DNA of 64,000 nucleotides from Flectonema sp. DT1601 (lineage: Eukaryota): the NCBI GenBank assembly GCA_964019425.1, contig OZ025786.1:1426001-1490000 (forward strand), read 5' to 3'. Positions 21,281 to 31,630 of this stretch are shown one piece after another. The position numbers and the translations under genes were made by a program. Positions within the stretch are counted from its first letter, which is position 1; the number at the start of each line of letters is the position of its first letter. The notes under the pieces are model-generated. The model saw only the letters and a list, made by a program, of their open reading frames with translations. It did not search any database and had not been told where the DNA came from.

Positions 21281-23566
21281 ATGAAATATGTGGGCCTACA
21301 GCCGTTATCAGTATTTCTGGTTGTATGGATCGGCTGTGTTTATGGTATTGAAGTGAGGTTTACGATGGGTAATCACAACAAGGCTGACTCTCCTGAAGAC
21401 TTCCATGTTGAGGTACTTCACATCTCAGGGAGGAAAGATGTGATTGGTAATTTATCAAAGCCTGACCGTAACGTTCCTATTGATAACACATACACATATC
21501 AATACAGTGAAGATAGTATAGTTAGCATACGTGTGAAACCTATTGAGAACTGGCCAGGTGTGAATGATGTCAGGAGTGACGGTGATGGTGCACAAGTTAA
21601 ATCAGCTTCAGTAAAAGTAAATGGAATCTACAGTCAGTATAATGGTGGAGAACAATGGGTTGATTACTATTCATCAGGTCCCGATAAAGAAGCCGTTTAT
21701 TATCGTCCGATAAATGCGACTCTGACACCGACAGCCGTTCCGACAGCCGTTCCGACAGCCGTTCCGACAGCCGTTCCGACAGCCGTTCCGACAGCCGTTC
21801 CGACAGCCGTTCCGACAGCCGTTCCGACAGCCGTTCCGACAGCCGTTCCAACAGCCGTTCCTACAGTCGTACCAACAGCCGTTCCTACAGTCGTACCAAC
21901 TGCTATACCCACAACCATACCAACAACTGTGCCGACAGCCGCACCAACAACTGTACCGACAGCCGTTCCGACAGCCTCACCAACAACTGTGCCGGGAGTA
22001 GTTTCAACTTCTGTACCAACGACCACACCAACGACAGCTATTCCAACGGCAGTGCCGAGTGCCGTACCTACAGTCACACCAACGGCAGTGCCGACGGCCA
22101 TGCCGGCAACTGTACCAACGGCAATTCCAACAACTGTGCCGACTGGTATACCGACAAGCATACCAACTATGACACCTACAGCTGCTATTCCTTCAGTTGT
22201 ACCGACAGATGTCCCAACTGACATGCCGACGGAAGTACCAACAACTGTAACGACAATGCCCGCGGGTGGGCCAACTGCTGCATCGACAGATGTCCCAACA
22301 CCGAGTCCTTTATTTAACGCTGTTGAGACAGCAGTTCCTATAATACCTTTACCTGTTGAGTTTAATGACGTAACTGTGACACAGACCATCCCAATGATTC
22401 AAGAAACTCCAGTGCCTACACTAAAAGATAAGGTACCGTCATCTGTAGGGAATGCAGCTGCTGCAGGAGCAGTTCTCAGTTCTGGTGGTGCTGTAGCTGG
22501 TCACGCTATGAGACTTCTTTTAATTAGTGGTGACTGTCAGATTGGTGGTGGTGAAGACCGAGTAATTGTGAAGAGTTTTCACTTCACGGGGATCACGATC
22601 AACGACTCTCAAGCTCTTGGAGCGATAGCTGTGAATATTATGATTTTAGTAACGGTAACCGCGTTGCTGAAAATAGTTTCGAACCTTTTATCGAAATGCT
22701 TTCCTCGAAGTAAAGGAATATACAACGCCAATGACCCTGATGGGTTTCTGAGATTCCCATCAGCTCCGTTAATTGTATTTCAATGGATGTATCAAAGTAA
22801 TACTTTGTGTGGGTTCCTTTTATTATTCTACAGCGATACTGTTATTGGTTCTGTTGTTGGATTCTTATGTGTTTCAGGGTGTGCGATAATTCCTGGGTAC
22901 TTAGCTGTGATTTTAAAGAAATCTGTTCCTTGTGAAGGATTCTATGTTGAGGATCCTAATAAGAGAAATATTCTTCAGATGTCATTACTTGGATCAGGTG
23001 AATGGGTTAGTAAGTATCGAGACAACCATTGGGTTCAGAAATACTCCTCAGTTGTTAGATCTCTTCGGCAAGATTCACTTTGGGAAGTTCAATTTGAAAT
23101 GTATTCAAGTTTCTTTCTATCACTGATTGCTTCATTAGAAACACTCAACACATTTCAGTGTGGTCATATCCGCATTGCTCAAGGATTGATATGCCTGACT
23201 ATGATGTTTATTCATGGAGGACTCCAACCACATTGCAAGGCTCGTGATTGTGTGATGTCATTCGTTATTTGTGGATGTCAGACAGTTGCTTTGTTGTTAC
23301 TCGGGTTGTCCTATTACAGTAATAATTTAGACGGCACTGCTGGTACCGTTTCAGGAATGCTGTTGAAATTTACTTCTGTGATGTTGTTTGTTCAAGTTGC
23401 AGTTGATATTTGTTGTGAAATTTTTATTTTTTTTTCACGTCGGAGAGAACGAATACAAAGCGACACTTGGAACTTACGTGATCAAAATATTATTCACGAA
23501 CGTGTTATCGATGTCGACTGCCTTGAGTACTCTTGTGATTCTCCACAAGTTAGATTTATGCTTTAA
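21281..23566 (+). CDS. Surface membrane protein with long Pro/Thr mucin-like stalk and multi-pass TM domain (paralog 2)
   Basis: 761 aa. The N-terminal ~150 aa and the central TM block are near-identical to 18075-19952, and the stalk is expanded. Confidence 0.85.
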   Translation: MKYVGLQPLSVFLVVWIGCVYGIEVRFTMGNHNKADSPEDFHVEVLHISGRKDVIGNLSKPDRNVPIDNTYTYQYSEDSIVSIRVKPIENWPGVNDVRSDGDGAQVKSASVKVNGIYSQYNGGEQWVDYYSSGPDKEAVYYRPINATLTPTAVPTAVPTAVPTAVPTAVPTAVPTAVPTAVPTAVPTAVPTAVPTVVPTAVPTVVPTAIPTTIPTTVPTAAPTTVPTAVPTASPTTVPGVVSTSVPTTTPTTAIPTAVPSAVPTVTPTAVPTAMPATVPTAIPTTVPTGIPTSIPTMTPTAAIPSVVPTDVPTDMPTEVPTTVTTMPAGGPTAASTDVPTPSPLFNAVETAVPIIPLPVEFNDVTVTQTIPMIQETPVPTLKDKVPSSVGNAAAAGAVLSSGGAVAGHAMRLLLISGDCQIGGGEDRVIVKSFHFTGITINDSQALGAIAVNIMILVTVTALLKIVSNLLSKCFPRSKGIYNANDPDGFLRFPSAPLIVFQWMYQSNTLCGFLLLFYSDTVIGSVVGFLCVSGCAIIPGYLAVILKKSVPCEGFYVEDPNKRNILQMSLLGSGEWVSKYRDNHWVQKYSSVVRSLRQDSLWEVQFEMYSSFFLSLIASLETLNTFQCGHIRIAQGLICLTMMFIHGGLQPHCKARDCVMSFVICGCQTVALLLLGLSYYSNNLDGTAGTVSGMLLKFTSVMLFVQVAVDICCEIFIFFSRRRERIQSDTWNLRDQNIIHERVIDVDCLEYSCDSPQVRFML
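21728..21847 (+). repeat. Coding minisatellite (CCGACAGCCGTT)x10 encoding PTAV
   Basis: Ten perfect 12-bp units followed by degenerate units. Confidence 0.9.
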
Positions 23567-24598
23567 GCTCTCTGATCAATTCGCAACGTTTTATTTTTAC
23601 CTTCTCTCTAAGCAGAATATCATTCACAGTTTAAAGTGATTTGAAACAAATCTGTTTTTTTTTTTTTTTTTTTTTTTTTTGAGAAGATCGCCATCTCACA
23701 TTATCCACAAGGATATCCTTCTTTAATTTATGACAATTCTCTCTTACTACCCCCCCTACCCCCCTATTTACATCAGAGACTATAACACACATTGCGTCGA
23801 GTGACGTTTTCTTTTTCTTGTTGAAGCGCACATGTGTAGTTCGTCGAAACTCACAAAATGATCCTCTCAGGGATTAGGTTCAATCTACTACCGTTTCTCT
23901 TTGAGAATCTACCTAAAAGTAGTATTTCGGTGGACTGTTGGACTCGCCAACTAATTAGTTTGGCTTTCAATAATTTAATCTTTTCCTTTTTTTTTTTTTT
24001 TAATTTTTTTTTTACTCTTTATCTTTGGCTTCTTTTGGGAAAATTTTACGCTTGCGGTATAAATCAGTGCATGGGAGTGTAAATTTTCCATTCGAAGCGA
24101 CGGTTTTAGATGAAAAATCAGATACAGATTTTCACTTCTGGATGGGTTCTTGCTTCGTTTACCTTTTGCATCACTCGGTAAAAAACCCACTACGCGTGAA
24201 AAATCAGACTATCTGATTTCACTAAATTATTCTGCTGCACCCCTATCAATTTTTTAAAAAAAAAATCTTTTTTTTTTTTTTTGGTATTTTTGCTTCCATT
24301 TTCCGACGATTATTTATTTAGGTACGATGCCGATGAATATTGCGGATTTTTTTATTTCTTCCCCCCCCTTCATTCTTTTGATTGAGAGACTCCTGTTGAA
24401 CACTTCGCCCATTAGGTTTTGCGTGAGACAAGAGAACTATTCAAATCAAAGGCTGATTTGTTATTTTATTTTTTTGATCCTCTTCCATGGTAATGAATAT
24501 TTCTCTTTTCATTTTATAAAAAAATCTCAAGCGAAAAAAAAGAGAATTCGTAGCGTAACTTTATAACTAAAATCTATTTCTTGATAGCATACGACAAC

Positions 24599-26878
24599 AT
24601 GCGAATCCGACCGATGCATGAATATTTTGACTCAGAGGACGATACTGAACTTGATAAACGAAGAAAACAAGTAGTGGTGACAACCAACATAGTTATAACT
24701 TTGTTTGGAATAGTTGGCTTAGCAGGATTTTGGAGTAATGGATTCACATTCTTAACATTGGGAACTGTAATGTTGTTGTTGACTTCTGTATTATTTTTAA
24801 TAAAATGGTTCATGACAAAGCAACTTTCTGTTAATGAAATTGGAATTTGTTTCATGATGTGGTTATTCGCAATAATGGTTCTAGATATATACGAAGCAAG
24901 TCACAGCGTGATGAGACTATGGCCATGCGCAGTTGTACTCCTGGACATAGTGCTGCTTTGTTCACTTCCTCAATGGGTTTACGTTAGTATATTGACGACG
25001 TTATCGCTATTTTTATGCGTCGATTGCGCTGAAAGACACTATCGATTCGGTCTTTATGACATAACTGGTTCAGATAAATTATTATTCTTTAGTTGTATTG
25101 ACATTGTAAAAGAAGATGCTTCGCGAAGTCCTTGTCCTGAACCCTTATTCGACGCAATCATCATAACCTGTATATATTTAGCTATATTGCTTATTGATTT
25201 CTATTGTACGAAGGGGTTCGCGAGAGGTTTGGAACATGAAAAACAAAAATTACAAAAATCTATTTTGTTGGTAGAAAAAGTTGTAGCAGATCTACTAGAC
25301 TTCGACTTAGAAGAAGCTCATTCATCAATTATTGCTGCTGAAGGCACTCCACTAACTGAAGTGCTTGAAAAATTATTGTTAAATCTAAATCAATATAAAC
25401 CTTATCTTCCTGTGTCCTTATTTGATACACCTGGCAAGTGTCTTTCTGAGGTTTCTTCATCTCCCTCAGTAGGACCACCAAGCGGAGATTCCGTTTGCAT
25501 ATTATTTACCGACATCAAATGTTCAACTGAAATTTGGGAAGCTTCACCTGATGCTATGAAAATAGCATTAAAGATTCATAATAAAATAATAAGAAAATGT
25601 ATTGAAATCCACAGAGGTTTCGAAGTAAAGACAATTGGAGACTCTTTTATGATAGCGTTCGAAACATTGAGAGATGGAGTTGAATTCGCATTGGATGTTC
25701 AGGATAGAGTAGCAGAAACTATTTGGCCATCCGACTTAATACCACCCTCTATTTTTGAATCTGAAAACTGGTCATCTATATCACTTCAGATTGGACTTCA
25801 CTACGGACAAGTAGAAATGGATTTCAATCCAGCATCAGGAAAGCCTGAGTATTTCGGACTCACGGTTAACAAAGCTGCATGTTTAGAAGCAGCATGCAAT
25901 CCTGGAGCTGTTGCCATTGATAGTTTCTTTTTAGATCAAATTAACTCAAATGAATGGCACGTTGAACGAAGATACGAAGCACACACAAGCACTGATCCTA
26001 ATCCAGTTGACATGGCGTTCTTATACACAGTTGATCCTGCAACCAGAAAAAGTCATACGAGTTCATCTGTTGAATCTGTCTCAATCATGGATGATATAGT
26101 ACCATTAACACTTCATCCATCACGACAAAAGATTGATTCTGGATCGTTAATAGCACGATCATCTGCGACAGTATGTAAGGTTCACATACTGCTTGATAAT
26201 TTATTCTTGGTTGATAAAGATGATGCGTCAAGCATCATAAACACCACACTAAGTAAAGCAATCAACTGTATAGAACGTTCAGAAGGATCAATCGTATCAG
26301 TCATCGCTACCACGATGACTATTGGATGGAATACTGTTAAGCAATGTGTTTCTCACTATGAGGGAGCTTTGAGGTTTACTTCATTAATGGATTCAGTTTT
26401 TAATATATCTGAACAAGTCGCAATAGGAATCTCTTCAGGATCTATTCAGTGTGGTAACGTTGGATCACAAGATCAACGTTTTGTTACTGTTTTTGGGCCT
26501 TGCGTTTCTATGTGTGGATTACTATGTCAAGCTAGTCAAGACATTGGTGCATTTGCTCTGTGCTGTAACGTTCCAACATCGTTCCCTCTGCTGAGACCTG
26601 TTGGAACGTGGAATAATGTAATGGGTGATTCTGGTAGGATTACAATCTATGAAATTAGATTGGAAAAATTAAAACAAAGTTTATCAGGTAAAGTGCAAGC
26701 AGAATCACCTGGATGTCAACAACAATCAGAATGGGGTTGGTGTGGTTATTATAGAGAAGCTTTTCATTCGAATGACTGGGAAACTATAGACAGCAACCGT
26801 GATCCGAATGATACAGTTCTTCAGCGGGTTTCTGAGATGATGAGGAACGACACGAGTCTCAGAGTAGTGTTCGATTAA
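24599..26878 (+). CDS. Membrane-bound class III adenylate cyclase-like protein (N-terminal TMs, cyclase domain, second degenerate cyclase-like domain)
   Basis: ILFTDIKCSTEIWE..PDAM..AL..HN.IIR.CI....GFEVKTIGDSFMIAF, IGLHYG and EYFGLTVNKAACLE. About 6 hydrophobic segments at the N-terminus. First ATG is at 24599. Confidence 0.85.
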   Translation: MRIRPMHEYFDSEDDTELDKRRKQVVVTTNIVITLFGIVGLAGFWSNGFTFLTLGTVMLLLTSVLFLIKWFMTKQLSVNEIGICFMMWLFAIMVLDIYEASHSVMRLWPCAVVLLDIVLLCSLPQWVYVSILTTLSLFLCVDCAERHYRFGLYDITGSDKLLFFSCIDIVKEDASRSPCPEPLFDAIIITCIYLAILLIDFYCTKGFARGLEHEKQKLQKSILLVEKVVADLLDFDLEEAHSSIIAAEGTPLTEVLEKLLLNLNQYKPYLPVSLFDTPGKCLSEVSSSPSVGPPSGDSVCILFTDIKCSTEIWEASPDAMKIALKIHNKIIRKCIEIHRGFEVKTIGDSFMIAFETLRDGVEFALDVQDRVAETIWPSDLIPPSIFESENWSSISLQIGLHYGQVEMDFNPASGKPEYFGLTVNKAACLEAACNPGAVAIDSFFLDQINSNEWHVERRYEAHTSTDPNPVDMAFLYTVDPATRKSHTSSSVESVSIMDDIVPLTLHPSRQKIDSGSLIARSSATVCKVHILLDNLFLVDKDDASSIINTTLSKAINCIERSEGSIVSVIATTMTIGWNTVKQCVSHYEGALRFTSLMDSVFNISEQVAIGISSGSIQCGNVGSQDQRFVTVFGPCVSMCGLLCQASQDIGAFALCCNVPTSFPLLRPVGTWNNVMGDSGRITIYEIRLEKLKQSLSGKVQAESPGCQQQSEWGWCGYYREAFHSNDWETIDSNRDPNDTVLQRVSEMMRNDTSLRVVFD

Positions 26879-27756
26879 AGTTATAGCGTCTCTTAAGTAG
26901 TATTTTGTTTCTGTTTTTGTTTGCGAACAACCCTTTTTCTACTTGCAGAACTTTTGTGTTTTTCAAGCTGCGTGGTTCTTTTTTTTTTTTTTTCCTCTTC
27001 TTCTTTCCACTTCTTTCTGTTCTTTTTTTTTAAGGCATCAATAATGTATGAGATTTAGGAAGGAATGCTATTTCGTGACAACCGAGACACACTTTTTTTT
27101 TTTTTTTTTTTTTTTGTACCCACAAAACCCATTGTTCGGTGGAAAGAGAATTGTCAACAGTGTAACTAACCTATTCCTTTATTAAGGTTTTGTACCAGTC
27201 TGACGGTGAGTTATTTATAATGAGGGGAAGGCATCTTTGGCGATCACAGTCGAGGTGACCTTTAACTTTGGTTATAATTTTTTTTGTTTCTGGAATCTTG
27301 TGAGCTTCAGACCTTTAAAAAAAAAAAGTTTTTTTTTCTCCCCCCGAGAACTGTCAATTTGATCAATACAATCCTTTTGCTTATATGAAAACTTTTTTAG
27401 TTTAGTTTAAAAGAGATTTTTTATTTTTTTTTTATATATATTTGTGTTGAGAACGGTGGGGTATTATTTAGCTCTATTGTTCACACCGTGAAATAGTGTA
27501 GCTACATCACCGTGTATGGTGGAAAGCCGGCAATGACATGCTGTGTTCAGGATGTTCTGTTATGTTGCTGCTGCTTCCTGGTTCTATTGAGTTTGCCCCA
27601 TGTTCCTTGTAGATTACATGCACAATAAATGATGCCCTGATTCATCTATTAAGTGTTCATCTTGTTTTGTTTACGGTTTTTTGAAACTTTGTGTTTGAAT
27701 CCGGAATTTTGAAAAACTTTTGTGTGGAATTAAGGGTTTTCCTTTTTTTTTTTTAA

Positions 27757-29494
27757 CCCATTAAGGACGGGGGGTCCACTACAGTGGTTATTTTGAAATT
27801 TTATTTTCGCTAAGGGGAAAACCCGGCTAACGCTACCCAGGGGGGGTGTAATCGAGGCCGTTTCGCGACGAATCTTGGGTGGGATGGCGTGGTTCGCTGT
27901 GTTTTCATTCATGAAATTCAAAACTAATAATCGAAATTTTACCACCTAACAAGAAGTTTCGTGTGCCTGTTGAAATTGATACAAGTTCGGCGTCCTATGA
28001 AAGTCTGATGATGATGGATTCTGTATCGGAGTCGTCATCTGACAGCAACACAGCAAAGGTATCAAAGTGGGGGGGCAAAACCAAGAGAATCCCCAGGGAA
28101 AAACGGAAAGGACCTACCCAGAGTGTGAGCGACTTTAATGAAATGAGCGAATTGAAGGCATCCAACTCATTTTCACTGATCATGTGCTTAAAGTGATATT
28201 TCGACACACTCTTGCCTACCCGATTGACAAAGAGACGTCCATGAAATCACTAGAAGTTGGTGAACTGAAATGCTTTCTCCGTAATTTCCACACTGCTAAC
28301 AAACACATTCCTGCTTCTTATGTTCATAGTCTTGTTAAACCCCATAATAATAAAGGGCATTGGGTGACGTTTGACAATTTCAATTCGTCATACGCATTTC
28401 TTGTTTTGATGTTAGCGAAAGGGTTCCACTGTGTTGGAACAGCCTGACGGAACAGAAAGGGAGTTCTGTTGATGTTACAAAACCGAAGGCTACCCCTGGA
28501 CCGGGACGACTAAGCAAATCGGAAGTGAAAGAAAGACCGAAGAATCTTTCTGCTTCTTACCTTCAGTCAAGCACGGCATCCACCATATAAAGTGGAGAGA
28601 CTCAAAGGATGTGCATCTTTTCAGTACTCTTCCCTTACGTGAGCACTGTGTCGATGTATATCGCTGGATTAGGAAGAGAAATAAAAAAGAAAAAGTGCCG
28701 ATCAAACTACCGTGCAAGTAGACAGGTACACCAAAACGATGGGAGGTGTTAACCTGATGGATAGCGTGAAGGGAAGGGCGAACAGAAACCTTCAAACTAA
28801 ACGATGGCATCTAAAGGTTTTCGACTACTTGCTGAAAGTTTCAATGTTCAACACGTTTACCCTTCAAAAGAAATGCGGTAAGGATACTGGTACCTACACA
28901 CGGTATGTAGAGGAGCTCGCTATGCAACTCGTCAGTGACGGGACGTCGAGAGACAAGACAACCAATACTACATCTACTATTGACTCGGGTTCGCACTTTT
29001 CACACATGTTCAGCACCACTGAGCACTATCCATCAATATTTGGCGCTGCTAAACAATGTAAGTATCACAATACTCGAGTGAGGACTACTTATGGATGCCA
29101 GGGGTGTAAGGTTTTTATGTGTCCTGCACCCTGTTTTGGCAAATACCACTTAAATCTTACAAAGGGGAGAACATTTGCGTCCCATACCACCACCTCTGTG
29201 TCGGGAGGTGCTATCCGGGAAGAATGTACGAAGGGGAAGACCCCTGCACTCACAACAACATCAAAATTGAAGAGGCGCAGGGAGTCATAAGAACTGAGCT
29301 TATTTTTGTCTTTGGTGGTGTTTTCATTTGTTCTGTTCACCCTTTAGGTGGTGAATGTGTGTGTATTTTTAACGGGCAGGCAATGGCGGTTCACTTTGTC
29401 ACATCACCTTTCCGAGCCCCCCTACCCCTTTTCCCCGTTAGCTCTTTTTTCAAAAAAAGTCAAAAAACCGGGTTTTACCCCCGTCCGTAATGGG
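27757..29494 (+). mobile_element. piggyBac-family DNA transposon, internally decayed
   Basis: TTAA at 27753-27756 and 29495-29498. 17-bp TIRs: CCCATTAAGGACGGGGG on the left, and the right end reverse-complements to CCCATTACGGACGGGGG (1 mismatch). Transposase remnants lie inside. Confidence 0.92.
27963..29290 (+). pseudogene. piggyBac transposase pseudogene
   Basis: HWVTFDNFNSS...LAKGFHCVGTA*RNRKG (in-frame TGA at 28445), WRDSKDVHLFST, YTKTMGGVNLMD, KRWHLKVFDYLL and a C-terminal Cys-rich domain CKYH...TTYGCQGCKVFMCPAPCFGKYH. The pieces are split by frameshifts. Confidence 0.88.
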
Positions 29495-29973
29495 TTAAAA
29501 AAAAATTCCCTATTCGCTATATGAAAAAAAAAAAAAAAAATGTTTCGTTTCTGATTTTTTTTTTTTTTTTTTTGCAAACCTAATTTATACTTACCAAGCA
29601 GAGTATTTTCTGTTGGTAGTATCACACAGTGCGAATGTGAGTTATTTTTCCCCCCCCCCCCATCTTTTCGTATCGTATCAAAGGTCCCCCCCCTTTTTTT
29701 TTTTCTTCCTTCTAATGCCTATCCCGCGGAATTTCCGATAACTTAGCAAGTCTGCAGATTTGTCTTCTACCTGTGATTTTTAGTCACGGTTGTTTTTCTA
29801 TGTTTTCTTTCCCCCTTTATCAATTACCCCTTTCTTTTTTTTCTTCTTTCTTTGAAGTGATAAAAAAAAAATCAACAGTCAGCTGTGGGTGTGCTGTAGG
29901 CCTTGTTTGTCTTGTTTGCCGTATCTGTTTTGATTAGTTTTTGTGACTGTGGTCTCATCAACATTTTTTTAGA

Positions 29974-30007
<34 letters not shown>

Positions 30008-31630
30008 CGCTTATCTGATGACTGAGCGACCTGAGAATGGGCACTTGGAAACATTCCGTTTTTTATTCTCTTTGTTATCCTAGATAGCTGCTTAGAACAA
30101 AATAATTTTAAAAAAAAAAGAAATTGTGACCTTTGGTCGCATTTCATTTTTTATGTTGATGTTCGTCTGTGGATTGTACTGTTCTTCTTGGTGCTGCCAA
30201 GTACAAAAAGGAAAAAAAAAAAAAAAAAAACCCAAAGCTGAATTTTTTTTTATTATTGTTTTAGTACTACAGTTAAGTTTTTTTTTTTTTTTTTTTTTTT
30301 TCTTCTTTTCTTTCTATTCGTGACTGTTCGTCACTCAACAGGTATATATCTCTATTCGCTTGAAAAGGTAAGTTACGTTTTTTGCGCCCGAAAGAGGAGT
30401 TTTTTTTATATACATTTTTTTTTTTTTTTGAATGTTTCCTCTCCCGTGAAGAACAATAATAATCTTTGAAAGCCTTTGTTTTTATTTTTATTTTTTTTGA
30501 TTGGCCTCATTGAAAAAATTGGGGGGAACAAAAAAAAAAAAAAAAAATGAAAAATAAAATATTATAGCTATAATATTTTTTTCTATAGCGTGTACAGCTG
30601 CAACAAGTGGCGATCATTTTGGCTATTTTCTATCACCCAGCCGAGGAGTTGGTTTTTATGTTTAGTTTATACTCTTGTTGCTGTTTTTTTTTTTTTTTTT
30701 TTTTTCAAAAAACCTATCATTTATATTTATAAGCACTTTTTGTTAAAAAAAAAAAAAGTGCTTTTTTATTCCACAAAACCTACAAGCAAATCAACGGTTG
30801 TCTTCATTAGAGGTTTGACCTCCCTGGCTTCGATAAAAATAAATAACTAAAAATTTAAAAAAAAAAAAAAAAAAAAATTGATTTAAAAAAAAAAAAAAAA
30901 AAAACTCGTTAATGGGTTATTAGTTAGCATTTATTAAAGTTGGGATATATTCCTTGGAGATAATCGTAATCACATCCCAAACTATTCTTGTATTTTTCTT
31001 TTTTTTTTTTTTTGCGTTTATCAGCCCGTCTTTACACTGCCTGCTTCGTGCATGTGGTGCAGTCTTGGTAGTCACTTCAGGTCAATTGACGTCTCTTCTC
31101 GCCTGTGAATCTCACGGTTGTGGTACCCAGTGAGCTTCTCCACAAGTTTGACTTCCCTGACTTCGATAAATAAATTCTTTTTTTTTTTTTTTTAATTTTA
31201 TTCTTTTATATATTGGGATTTTGCTTGCATCGTTGAAGAGGGTGAGACTTCCCCCAAAATAGTTTTATCATCTACCCTCTTACAGACTTACTACTGTGCA
31301 ACCCTATTTGGGATTTTTTTTTTTTTTTTTTATTACTTAGTTTCAGAGGGTGATCCGCTTTATTACTTCTGGGCTATATCTGAGTGGTTCTATTTCTTTT
31401 ATTATTCTCCTTTTAGAAAAATTTATCAGTTTATTTTCTTTTTTTTTTTTGTGGTCACCTTCAAAAAAAACCAAAACGAAGAAAAAAAAAAAAAAAAAAA
31501 AAAAAAGAAAAGAGTAGCGAAACGATGCAATTTTTTCACATTGCACACTATTCACATTACCTTGTCATCAAAAACATAGCATATCTGTTTTTTTTTTTTC
31601 TCTTTTTAGTAACAGTTATTAATACACTAT

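Noticed and set aside
21597..22389. Minus-strand ORFs (ERLS)n and (GTAV)n, and CRISPR-like look of the array
   Set aside because: These are antisense shadows of the PTAV coding minisatellite. There are no spacers and no cas genes.
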